Counted from the first letter of the stretch, positions 26,601 through 38,040 are shown. The stretch: 57,575 bases of DNA from Girardia tigrina (GCA_001938485.1 MQRK01223361.1:39948-97522), one strand, 5' to 3'. Translations and numbers: made by a program. The notes: generated from the sequence alone by a model not told the origin.

Positions 26601-27442
26601 ATATTTTGCGACATGACCCGGTTTCTGACATTTGTAGCATATTGTTTGTCTGTTTAATTGCCACTGAGAACTCTTATCATGATTACTTTCCTTCAATTTA
26701 GTGTCTCTCTCACGATGAACATGCAGTCCTTTCTGAAGATTTGCTCTGGGTTTATCGAGTTCGTCCTGACCTCCGGAACTCCCTGTTTCTTTGATGTTGT
26801 TTCCGTGTTGTATTGCTGCCATTGAACCCTGTAATAAACCCTTTTTAATCCCCAAATACCTGTGACTATACTCGATCATTTCGGTCAGGGGTTGGTCGCC
26901 GGCCCGTTCCAAATCCAACTGCAACTCGAAAGGCAATCCAGCCATGAAGGCAGCCTTTGTTAGATCGTCGACCTTCGTTGTTAACATCTTCCCCTGAGAT
27001 GCATATTCATCGATAGTCTCGCCATCGTGATACTGTAAGTTTATTAATTGACTGTAAGCAGAACGTCTAGTCAGGCCGAACGAATTGTTTAATATCTTGA
27101 AGAACCGATCGCAGCTGCTTTGCGTCTTCTCGTCCGATTCCATGTAGATGTTCAGTGCAACACCCGATAGTAAAAAAGGGAGATACAGGACTGGATCAGT
27201 AATCTTCTGGATTTTCATGATCATTTCAAATTTCTTCTGCCAAATCTCGAAACTGATGCTTCCATCGAATTTCTCTAAAAACTCCAAAACGATTTTCATA
27301 TCATTCATTATGCCCGGATAGCTTGTAACACGCGAAAAGTTTATTTTCAAAACACTGTTTAATTGATAATATTTAAACAAAATATTTATCAAAAAAGTAA
27401 ATATTAAATACTCCAAATAATTAAAATATCTAATATCCAACA
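23615..27442 (-). mobile_element. Full-length but decayed Ty3/Gypsy-like LTR retrotransposon with 119-bp LTRs
   Basis: Direct repeats 27324-27442 and 23615-23733 (5' copy TG...CA). Gag with CYKCQKPGHVAKYC, protease LIDSGC, RT YIDD, RNase H WCDASS..HINVAELEAV, integrase HHCC and LAADVT. Contains frameshifts and stops; no clear TSD. Confidence 0.95.
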
Positions 27443-27984
27443 ACTTTTCAAAAAAATGTTTTTTTGACTTAATTACTTTTAAAGTAAAATTCGTTCGTTC
27501 TGATTTCACATTAAACCGAAAGATTTTCTGAAATAATTTTCACAAACAAAAAATTCAAATCCACGAGAATCATTAACCGGTGTTTCTTCAATACATCTTT
27601 TGTGAATTTGAGAAATGCATTCACCAATTCGATTCGACTGTGTTCTGATTCAACGATTCCGTTCTTCTGTCAACGGATGGAAACGCTAGTCGTTATATAA
27701 TCCACATGAAACGAAATGCGGAGAAAATCATCTCTGCGGATATTTGGCCCGCTTTAGTCGGGACCTCCGCAAATCCCCCACGAGCGGAACGGTTGACCCG
27801 GCGACCAGTCAAACGGAATTTTATGTCGGCAATATTTAGTGCCGTCCTTTCATTTTTTTATAATTTATGTCAAACTTTGCTATTTTTAATATATCTGTTG
27901 TAATATTTCTTTTCTTTTTCAATGTCCATGTTTTCACATTTTTCATTATTTTCTTTATTCAACCTATCTAATTCACACATTTCT

Positions 27985-29700
27985 AGAGGAATATTTTCAT
28001 ACATACAATCAAACATACATCTGCATTGACTTTCTAATGAAGCACACTGATCACCTCTCCCTGTGATCGTGCATCCTCGTTTCCCTGATCATCTCTGAAT
28101 TTTTTGTAACAAATTTTTTAAAAGTTATTTACTTTATTTAAATTATTATTAAAATTTGAAACGATTTAATAATTTAAAGTTTTTAAATATCTTTTGCTGT
28201 AATTTAAAATGCAATTATGCTCGAATAACAATTCATCGTGAACATCCAAAGTATCAATTTTCCATCTGGGTTGGAGAAACACATTTCCAAATACTAAACT
28301 CCACATACAAAATTCAACATACTAAATTTAAAATATTCCTCATATCCCCCTCGATTTAAATGGCTTTAGCCATTCCACATTTCTGATCAATATTCTACCA
28401 TCATCTAATTGTATCTCGTAACTTCTTTCATTTCGTTGGTTCTTTATTGTGGCTGGGCCCATATATCGATCATCATCCTTCGTTAACGTTTCTTTCTTAA
28501 TAAGCACTTTATCTCCAATTCGGAATACTCGTTTCGTTTGTGTCGTGCATTTATTAATTTCCTTCTCGACATGTCTTTTTCCCCGGTGTCTCTCAACAAT
28601 CCCATTGGTATTGTGGTGGTAAGGACTGGAATATACTATCTCAGCTTTAAATATATTTGCTGTTTCTTTAAAAATGGCTGATTCGAAGGTTTTTCCTATA
28701 TCGACATGGATTTCTCTTAGTGGTCCGTATTTCTAAATCAATTTGTCTAGTAATACCTTTCGCACGGTTTTCTCGTCTTAATGAGCTACTGCCTTCACAC
28801 TGATGTATCTGCTAAATTGATCGATTATTGCTAGTATGTATTGAGATCCATTAATATTTCTTTTAAAAAGTCCGCAGAAATCCATATATATATATATATA
28901 TATATATNNNNNNNNNNNNNNNNNNNNNNNNNNNNNNNNNNNNNNNNNNNNNNNNNNNNNNNNNNNNNNNNNNNNNNNNNNNNNNNNNNNNNNNNNNNNN
29001 NNNNNNNNNNNNNNNNNNNNNNNNNNNNNNNNNNNNNNNNNNNNNNNNNNNNNNNNNNNNNNNNNNNNNNNNNNNNNNNNNNNNNNNNNNNNNNNNNNNN
29101 NNNNNNNNNNNNNNNNNNNNNNNNNNNNNCCCCTGAATAAATTTCCAAAAAAAACTTTTAAATAATAAATTTCAGACCGGAATAAAAATTATATATTTAA
29201 CAAAAATTATCTATAACTTAAAACGGAAAGCCGCTGCGAAAGGGTTAATATGTCTCTCTTTTGTTTTTGTTGTTAGGATCTTTCTTTTCTGAGAATTCAT
29301 ACAACTTTGCACAATTTTCTTTACCGTTTTTCTCATATCTTCCATATCGAAATCATCCTTCAAATAATTATAAACTTTCTTGCTACCAGCGTGACACAGC
29401 ACCTTGTGTATTTCTTCCACGAAATAAGTCATTTTTCCTTTCGGAATCCAGTATTTGTTATCCATTGTCGTTACTATATCATCTTTCAGTAACCATTTCT
29501 TTGTTTTCCCAGTTCTGATATCTGATCTAATCTGTTTTATCTCGTCATTATCTTTCTGCCATTTGAATCCTTTGAATTCATCGTCTAACGCTAGGATTCT
29601 TGTTTTAATTTTACCCTTTTTAGCTTTCTCTATAATTTTTTTCTATAAATCAGTGATGAATTTGTGTGGGTTGATTTGTGATTGTTTTAAATCATTGGGA
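27985..29700 (-). mobile_element. Gypsy integrase relic with PPT and 3' LTR, interrupted by a gap and a piggyBac end
   Basis: EIHKVLCHAG integrase zinc finger, YMGP (GPY/F-like) region, PPT GAGGGGGAT, then an LTR bounded by GAGGAATATTTT inverted ends (about 27985-28341). Confidence 0.75.
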
Positions 29701-29788
29701 TATTAGTTGCACAATCATGATCTAAAGGTCAACAATATTACTACCAAAATTATTACTATGTTCTACCTTCCCGCTTTCAACTAATTAA

Positions 29789-29976
29789 CCATAGAAAGAT
29801 AATCATATGACTAAGTCCTAAAAAGATAACCATACACTTTAAAGGCGCATGCTTATTGGAACTGTTGTATTTTATGCTAACTGAAAAGGAAAGCTAAATT
29901 TCACGCACCGATTAAAAAGAGACAACGATATGTTTACGACGCGGGCGCCTCCGAGACGTAGGTTATCTATCTAGGG
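29789..29976. mobile_element. piggyBac MITE with T. ni piggyBac-like ends
   Basis: TTAA-CCATAGAAAGATAATCATAT... and ...TATCTATCTAGGG-TTAA. Confidence 0.85.
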
Positions 29977-30539
29977 TTAAATTCTTTCAATTGCTTCATC
30001 TACAACACACTTAAATGTAAAACAAACAGTTAGTTAAATTGTGATCATCTATCGTTATCATTACTGTTATGAATATATTATGCACATTAAAAGAAAGTCC
30101 GCCAAATATCGTAATCAAGAATTGGATATGATGAGTTGTACCTTCATGCTTTTAACTAATTCGGTTCTTTCAATCCCTTCGTCGCTTCGAATGTCGAAAC
30201 CAAGAACTGTATATGAAATCCGACAAAAATATTTATTTTACAATAAATAATTATTTAAACGTCCTACGTCGATTCTCAAATTACCAAGTATTATTCCTAT
30301 TTGATAAATGGATTTCTTTCATAGTCAAATCAAAAAAGTAAATGCTCTGAAAAATATATTTAACAAAATAAATATTATTATGTTTATCATGTGACATTAA
30401 ATATTCATTAATGAAATAATAAACTATTCGACCAGAAAGAAAGTGTATCAAATGAATAAAAATTATTTGTAAAATTACTAAAGACATATGCAAATCAAAG
30501 TTTAGAATTTAGATTTTGAAGGTTCTTTGGAAAACATGA

Positions 30540-30594
30540 TTACTCAGAACCGATACCATTTGTCAGAGTCAACTTGCACAAATCTTCCATCAAT
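30540..30594 (-). CDS. MTMR9: Candidate MTMR9 terminal exon (LMEDLCKLTLTNGIGSE*)
   Basis: Strong acceptor (ctccttttttgttcag). Phase 2 matches the donor at 34157 and would extend the C-terminal coiled coil. Confidence 0.45.
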
Positions 30595-30772
30595 CTGAAC
30601 AAAAAAGGAGATAATAACAGGACATGTAAGAATCTTTAGTACACGATTTTTTATTCATAAAACAATAACAAATATACAGCGTCATTAAAATATTTATAAT
30701 TAATTAAACGATGATCGAATGCTTGTTGTTCGGTAGAAGATATTTCAGTTCGAAGGTGAGCATGTTGTAAAT

Positions 30773-31763
30773 CAGTGATAGTCAACCTGGTCCATACCGA
30801 TATAGAAAGAGTTTTCCTCTTAGTTCAAACTAGTTCTCAGAGAAAGATGGCATAGTCAAGATATAAAGTTACAGCAAGAAAAAGAAGACAACAACCAAAA
30901 GAAATTTTGAAATCAGAGTTGAAGTACTAGTCAAGGTGGAAACGGGGATAAAGAGTAAAGATAAATATGAAGGACCGTTTAAAGTGATAGAGAAAACACA
31001 TGACAGAAGGTATAAACTAATAAATGAAGATGGAAGAATTTTAGATCGAAACGTGGAAAAATTAAGAAAATTCTTAAAGAAGGGGGATATGAGGGGTTAA
31101 TTTAAATTTAAGTTTCGCCAAAATAGTTTATTATTTTTTTAATTTAAAAATTTAAAAGAAATAAGTTAAAAAATTTAAAAGCAGAGTAAAAATATGAAAA
31201 AAATACTTATTTAAAATATACTTACAGTAATAACAATTGATATATTTTAATAAAAGTTATGAAATAAGTTTAAATAAATTTTAAAATGAATAATTAACGG
31301 ATTAATATTTTAAGAAATTTTTTTTTAATAAAAGAATTTATTGTAAATTTAAATTAATTAGTTTTTATGATAAAGTTTCATAAAAATGTTTGAATTATTT
31401 TAAAATTTAAATTTCGTAAACAAATGTAAAATTATTTTAAGGTTTTAATTTCGTAAAATTTCGTAAAAATGTAAAATAATTTAAAGTTTAAATTTCGTAA
31501 ATTTTCAAAATTTAATCGAAAAAAAGTAATGAATTAATTTTGGGCGAAATAATTGAATTAACAAGAAATTTATTTAAATATGTGAATTGTTGATATTAAT
31601 AAATTTTGTGGTGTTAAATTAAGACTTCGGAATTTGATAATAATGAAAGTGGCATAAACGCTACTTACAATCAATACTGTAGAACAGGTGGGCGGTAAGA
31701 ATATTTTACGACCAATAGAAGTGCACATATGAACGGTAGGTATGAAAAGATTAACTACCCCTG
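30773..31763. mobile_element. hAT-like MITE containing a Gypsy 3' fragment
   Basis: CAGTGATAGTCAACCT ... AGATTAACTACCCCTG with 8-bp TSD ttgtaaat/ttataaat. Inside: YEGPFKVIEK (GPY/F), PPT AAGAAGGGGGAT and an LTR start. Confidence 0.78.
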
Positions 31764-32368
31764 TTATAAATCATGCTACATTAATTTGAAAGTAACCAAA
31801 AAACGACAGTAGAATTGATACCAGCTACAAGATTGAAGAGCATTGTGTATTGAAAACTTTAGGGCATTTGTTGTCATCTGCTCCTTAAAAACTAAACTCA
31901 TATCATCATCGATTCGATCTATCTATTGATATAAAAAAGTAAGTTAGATTTAGTAACATATTCTCCATTATTTACTGTTTTGTAACATTATTATATGTGA
32001 ATTTTAAATATTCGAGTTTGCATAGAAGAGGAAACAATACTTCAAATTCAATATTTTGAAATGTATGTTTAGACCGCCTACTGAACAAATACTTGCTTCC
32101 ATAGACGAATGAGGTAAATTTTTGTTTTAGAACTTACAAACTTTGCCCAACAAATTCCTTTTGCCTTGAACAATTAATTAAAGTTAACATACCAAACAAC
32201 ACACAATAAACACCATTCAAAAATATTCATCACACATCTAAATAAGTTAAAATTCGAAATAACTTCCTTTGCGATGTTTATTTACTGGCTCAGAATTTAA
32301 ATGATGCGCTCAGTTTCAACATTTAACGATTCCAACTTGCCTAATCATTTTATTAACGTTAGACATTT

Positions 32369-32520
32369 CTGTGAGGAATATTTTTAATTGTTTGAATGTG
32401 TGAATGTATTGATGTTGTATGTTGATTTGAGTATGCTGAACTTTGAATGGTGATTCTCCCACCCAGATGGAAATTGGTATTTTTTATTTAAATTTAAAGT
32501 GATTGACTATTCGAACATAA
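32369..32520 (+). repeat. Solo-LTR-like fragment (family also at about 45910-46012 and 46600-46685 on the minus strand)
   Basis: Shares the GAGGAATATTT...GT-rich...CCCAGATGGAAA layout with the PPT-adjacent LTR at 28341-28215. Confidence 0.65.
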
Positions 32521-33009
32521 TTAAAATAATAATTTGATAAGTTTATATTTTTAAAATTAACAATTAAAATCAAATTTAATATTTAAAAAATAAAAGTATT
32601 TAACTGGATACAAAATAAATTAATGAAATTTAAATATTTTAATTAAAAGATATGTCTATAGGTTTAAAAGATTTTACAGAATATTTTTTATAATTTATTT
32701 GTGCCTGGGAAATTTTGTTTTTTACAATTTTATAAAATATTTTTATTTATTTTGAGTTTTTATAATGAAATGGTTAAAATTATTCATTTTAATGAAAAAT
32801 ATTTTTAGAAATTGAAAAATAATATATTTTAGAAAGATTTTGAAAAATTATAAAAATAATCAGTAGTAAAAAGGCGGAAATAAAACCAATTAGCACGATG
32901 ACAAACTGTAAACGATCTTCCAAGAGTTGTGATGATTCTAAATGTGATATTAATAAATGTTCTCATAATAATTTGAGTACAATAGACGGAACAGTGAACG
33001 TGAGGTAAA

Positions 33010-33750
33010 AAGAAGTTAGGAAATAGAAAAGTCAGCGGCCGTAAAGTATCAGCAGTTGATAAAATGCGTATCACCCGCGATATGCTCTGGTTATTTGGCG
33101 ACCAAGAAGACATGGTTGAATACCAGGAATGCTTGAATGAGAGAGGAATTCTCGACACTGACAAGGAATTCAAACAACTGATCAAAGGAACTGTGTCTGA
33201 AAAACTTGCAGAAGTGATTGAACAGGAGAAAGATGCTCCAGTCGCCTATCAAAAGAGTACAATGCATTTATCCCTCTTACTTCAAAGCTTTTACAAAATA
33301 GAAAGAATTAAAAATACACATTAAAAACGTGCATATGGTCACGACGCCGCAGTATCAGAATGTTGACAAACCTTTCCAATGTTCCATGGAAAATCGTCAC
33401 ATGACATATAAAACGGATGGATGGTTAAAACAACATTTATTGATCGATCACCGAACCCAAGGAAGTATCAGTGGTACTAGTGCTTCACAAAATAACGTAG
33501 ATGAGAGATGTACAGAATCTTCGAACTCGATCGCGATGCATGATGTGTCAGTGCCTCTCGACGTACCGTGGAGACGGACTCAGGAATGATTCCAATGGTG
33601 GTTCGCGGCTTTCGGTTAAGTAATACAAATGATGTGGGGATATTTCGGCGTCCCTTTACTCATTGCACGAAGTGTTTACACAGCCAAAGCTCTACAGAAT
33701 CACGGTACGACTGGTCCTTTCTTACTAGGAAACCGAAGCGTGTCTATGCA
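33010..33750 (+). mobile_element. 3' fragment of a related LINE with C2H2-like finger
   Basis: GNRKVSGRK..RITRDM parallels GGKKVSGRK..LKGDL in the 12 kb copy; also KPFQCSMENRHMTYKTDGWLKQHLLIDH. Confidence 0.6.
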
Positions 33751-33877
33751 CTGAAAGCTCATCAATTGTCAATACTCTTAACACATATTATTATTCTGTT
33801 TTTATTCCTACAATTTATAACTAGAAGTCAGATAAAAACATCAAAGAACTTAAAATGTTTCTCTATAAAATTATTAA

Positions 33878-34086
33878 CACTAGGTTTACTGGATGCGTCA
33901 TTTTGACGCATTTCGATTTTTTTTAGTAAAATTACAGAAAACCTTCTCATTTTTATTTTATCTCTTGTGCTGACTTTTATCAGTTTTTTTTTCTATAAAT
34001 GTATATCTCATATTTTCATTTTTTACTTATTGTGTATAATTATATTGCTTATATTATATATATAAAAAATTTCCGTAAACCTAGTG
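33878..34086. mobile_element. piggyBac-type MITE
   Basis: TTAA-CACTAGGTTTAC ... GTAAACCTAGTG-TTAA; subterminal TGCGTCATTTTGACGCA palindrome. Confidence 0.88.
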
Positions 34087-34153
34087 TTAAAAGTACCTTA
34101 AACAAGACATATACGCTAAAATTGTAAATAATATAATAAAACATAATGCATTA

Positions 34154-34385
34154 TTACTTGCGCAATTTAAAATTTAAGTTTTTTGAGTTCTTAAATTTTA
34201 AAATTGTTTCTTTTTGAATTTGTCTTTTAATTTCCAGGTTTGGTAGGGGTTGACCAAAATAAAGCTCTTGCCAAATATCGATATATTGTGGCAGTACAGG
34301 AGGCCAACAAACAAAATCCTTTCTGTTTGGATTATATAGTTCATTTAAAAATTGATTAATTTGTTCGTTTTGATTAATATAAGAC
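34154..34385 (-). CDS. MTMR9: MTMR9-like last or penultimate exon
   Basis: Follows a 49-nt intron. SYINQNEQINQFLNELYNPN...WPPVLPQYIDIWQELYF...KLRK*. The TAA overlaps a possible gtaata donor. Confidence 0.88.
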
Positions 34386-34434
34386 CTAAATCACAAAATG
34401 TTTAGTTTATCAAATTTTTATTGGGATGATTAAC

Positions 34435-34504
34435 CAGAGACTGGTCGTCTCATTTGGGATATTGCACTCTTCACGGTGTTGTGCATTATTCCCTAAGAAT
34501 GTAC
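34435..34504 (-). CDS. MTMR9: MTMR9-like exon
   Basis: GTFLGNNAQHREECNIPNETTSLW. Confidence 0.92.
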
Positions 34505-34663
34505 CTGAAATATGAAATGAAAAAAATAAAGTAGCCTTTCATAAAGATAAAAAAATAATAAAAATACAATTAAAATTATCATTTAATAAAATTAATCTTA
34601 AAATAATTCCTTGTACTTCAATACTTTTATATAATGTATTTCCTAAAACCAAATATTTAATTA

Positions 34664-34695
34664 CTGATGATGATCAATTAGGACCGAAACATGTA
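34664..34695 (+). ncRNA. Degenerate minimal hammerhead motif
   Basis: CTGATGA-tgatc-aatta-ggacc-GAAAC-ATGT-A. Stem II is imperfect and stem I is unclear. Confidence 0.55.
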
Positions 34696-35569
34696 AAACG
34701 ATAGTTTTTAAATATTTATTATAGTGGAGATAATAATAACATTAATGTTCACCAAATTTTTATGTCACGGATGTCAAAATTCGTACATTGGAGAAATACA
34801 CTGTCTTCTCCGTAATCATTTTAGTGAGCACACACAACCAAGCAGGTGCAGTACGGTATGCGAACATTTGAAATCGTGTTAAAATAGAAAATCAGATGAT
34901 GTACAAGATGAATTCTTAATTCTGATTTCGAATTTTGATACGCACTTTGAAGAGCAGTTTTGTGAGTCATTATTGATCAAACATCACAATCCTATCATAA
35001 AGGTTCAAAAGAGAAATAGTAAATATGTCATAATGTTAAATATTTGATTGTGATAAATTAATTATGTTTAAATTTGAATATTTAACGAGATATATTTTTA
35101 CTTATTAATTTTTTATAAAAATGATTCATCCAATTATCAAATATGTTTCTTTATTTATTATAATAGTGAGAAATTTTAATTTTACCAAAATTATTTATAT
35201 ATCATTTTTTAATATATTTATATAAAAATTGATATAGAAATATAAAACTTTTACGTAAAAATATTTATATGTCGGTTTTTGATTTTATTTATTAATTTTA
35301 CATTAATATTGGTAGTTACGTTTATCTTATCTTCTGTATTTGAATTAGAAGTCAAGATTGTCAAAATGTTAATTAATGATATCACATATAAATTTAAACA
35401 AATTTTCGTATTCTTTTCTTTAAATACTTTCATAATTAGTTGTTGAGTTTCTATTTTAAAATGATATTTATTTAGCCAATTTCATTTATTTAGTTTAACC
35501 TTTTTCTTTATTTAAAAATTCTATAATTATTTTAAATTAATAATTTAAAATGTGTTTATATTTCTTTTA

Positions 35570-37190
35570 TGTGGAATTTATTTAAACATTTATTTAATGT
35601 TTTCGGTTATTGAATAATTCATCTTTAGTGTTTTTTTTAAATATATTATAGAGAAATTTAGAGAGAAATATAGAGAAATTTCCAGCGAATGACCAGTACG
35701 ACGATCAGATCTCTGCCGAGAATTGAAATCTATTAGTATATGCTTCTGACGATGAAGATGTTTAATTTGATGGATTTCAATAAATTTCTGAGATTTTGAA
35801 TTTTGTTACTTTCTGTAGTGGAAATAACAGAAAAGTTGTTTAAATAATCAGAATTTGGAGAACAGTTTGAAACTGTTGTGATATAAATAAATTTTCTATA
35901 TTCTCATTCACAAGCTATCGCGACTTTTATAATGAAGACTCTGAAAATCGCGCCAGCGTATGACGGGCGCAGTGATTTTTCAATTTGGATCGACCGATAC
36001 CGCGAGTGCGTGGATACGCTCAAGGAGAAAAAGCTGGTGGTGCTACCACTGGCACTGACGGGTGAGGCGTCAGTCGTATTCCGTGGATTCAGTGTCGTGA
36101 CGCGGCAAGATTTTGAGAAGAGCACAGCCGCACTTACAGAAGCGTTCGCATCAAGCCCTATGCTATCATGGGTGACTTTTGACTCTAGACGGCTTGCTCC
36201 CGGTGAGGGCGTAGATGTTTTCATGGTCGATTTGAAGCGGTCAGCGGCTGTCATCTGTGGTAACGGAGACAACTGGGAGGCTTTTGTGGCTCAGGCGTTC
36301 ATAAATGGGCTGCCCGAGGAAGCCATGAGAAGTGTGGAGGCCGAAGCGCTGGGCAAAACGTTGGATGTGGAAAACTTGGTTCGGTTGGCTCGAGTGCATG
36401 TCAAGGCAAGATGTGATGAGACAGCGGCAGCTTCACGGTCGTTGGATCGGACACCACCGTTCCCGTCACCCGATACAGGAGGACCAAGATGTTACTGCTG
36501 TGGAGGAAGCGGGCATTTGGCGCGAAATGTGCGACCGGGAGGCGGAGCGTTCAGAATACAACCGATCGAACCGCGAACCGAGATAATGGACGGGAAAGCA
36601 GATGCTTCAGCTGTGGTCGGGTGGGCCACATTACAAGGATGTGCTCGCAGCGCAAAACGTACCGAGCGGGTCTCTATTATTGCGCGGGTGGGGAGCCTGG
36701 TTGCGGTGACGCGCGACTTGTATTCGTTCCGGTGAACGTGTGTGGAAGGTCTGTAAGGGCAATGGTCGATATGGGATGTTCGACGTCAATCGTAGCCAGG
36801 ACGTTGGTCCCGTCGGTAAAGTCCCGAGTTGAAGAAGTTGTTCGGATGATGGACGGGTAGGCGGCGGGCGTGCAATTCAGAGCGAATCTGTCGATTGTGT
36901 GCAGCGGCAAGCGGATCGAATTCCGTGTTCTAGTGGTACCAGAAGTTGTCGGGTTGAGGACGGGGGTACTTCTCTGCATTAACGCGATCAACCAACTTGG
37001 GGGTGTGTGGGTGCTAGACAGAGGCGGCACCCCAAAGTTTGGACGGATAGAACATCAGGCAGCGGTGGGCAGAGCGAAGCAACCGGTACACATGCGGATT
37101 GACGATTCTGATTTTATAGCCGAGTTTGACGGTCGCTCATGGACGGCATTATGGCAGTCGAAGAGCGGTAAGGAGCCACCACTTGGGGGA
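35570..37190 (+). mobile_element. 5' portion (LTR, gag, protease) of a related LTR retrotransposon
   Basis: Probable LTR TGTGGAAT...ATTCACA at 35570-35912. Gag YDGRSDFSIW..LPLALTGEA, two zinc knuckles, protease MVDMGC. 3' truncated and much more GC-rich than its flanks. Confidence 0.9.
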
Positions 37191-37549
37191 GCATATTGTT
37201 TAAGTATTCTAAAAAGATTGTAAATATTAAATAAATTCTACTCGTTGATATTATGAATCCTGAAGTGAAACCTGGAGATTTAACTGGCGACCACACTGGT
37301 ATTGAAGTTTCATAAACTAGAACTGCCATCAATCTTTAAGGAAACCCTCGAGAAGAAAATGAAGGAGTGCAATGGAGTGGAATCTGAAGAAGGTCAAATA
37401 TGGTATAGAGACATATGCCAATGCTCAGAATTTTTTGGGTTAACATTCTCGGAAATGTGTAACTATTTGTTGATAGACGAAGCGAAAATTTATTTTTGGT
37501 ATTTAAAAATGTTTAGTGTAAAAAATTTTGCATAGAATAAATATGTATT

Positions 37550-38000
37550 TTTTACCACGTTTTCTTAGCTTGGTTTCTTGTCTGTCTGTCTGCCTGGAAC
37601 AAATCTTGCGATTGATTTTTCGACCACTTTCAGTCATCCAATTGAGCTGAAATTTTTTATACAGGCTTGCTTCCGATGACAATACAAAATTTTAAAACAT
37701 TTACTTTACGGATGTACGGAAAAAAATAATAAATTGAATAAATATTGTGAAAATCAAGTGATAATTAAGTGTAGAAGTATTAAAATTAGGTTTAAAAATT
37801 ATTTTGAAATAAAACTTGCTTTTATTAAAATAAAACTTTGTTATTTTGGTTTTATTATCATTTCTGTTATTCGAAATCAATCGAAAGATTTGAATTCCTA
37901 AATGACAACTAAAAATAGTTAAATAATATTATTAATAAAAAAAATTTTTATAAAAACAACCACGTTTTTCAAGCATTACCAACGCACTAAAAAGAGGAAA
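37550..38000. mobile_element. DINE-1/Helentron-like non-autonomous repeat (related inverted copy at about 15945-16305)
   Basis: T-rich start, (TGTC)n, aaatcttgcgat...gctgaaattt core shared with 16200-16280 in reverse. Confidence 0.5.
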
Positions 38001-38040
38001 ATAATTTTTTTCTAGACATGTGCGAAATTTTATACCTAAC

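Noticed and set aside
27312-27323. tRNA gene or tRNA-SINE explanation for GCCCGGATAGCT
   Set aside because: The match stops at nt 12 exactly at the LTR edge, with no B-box or cloverleaf following.
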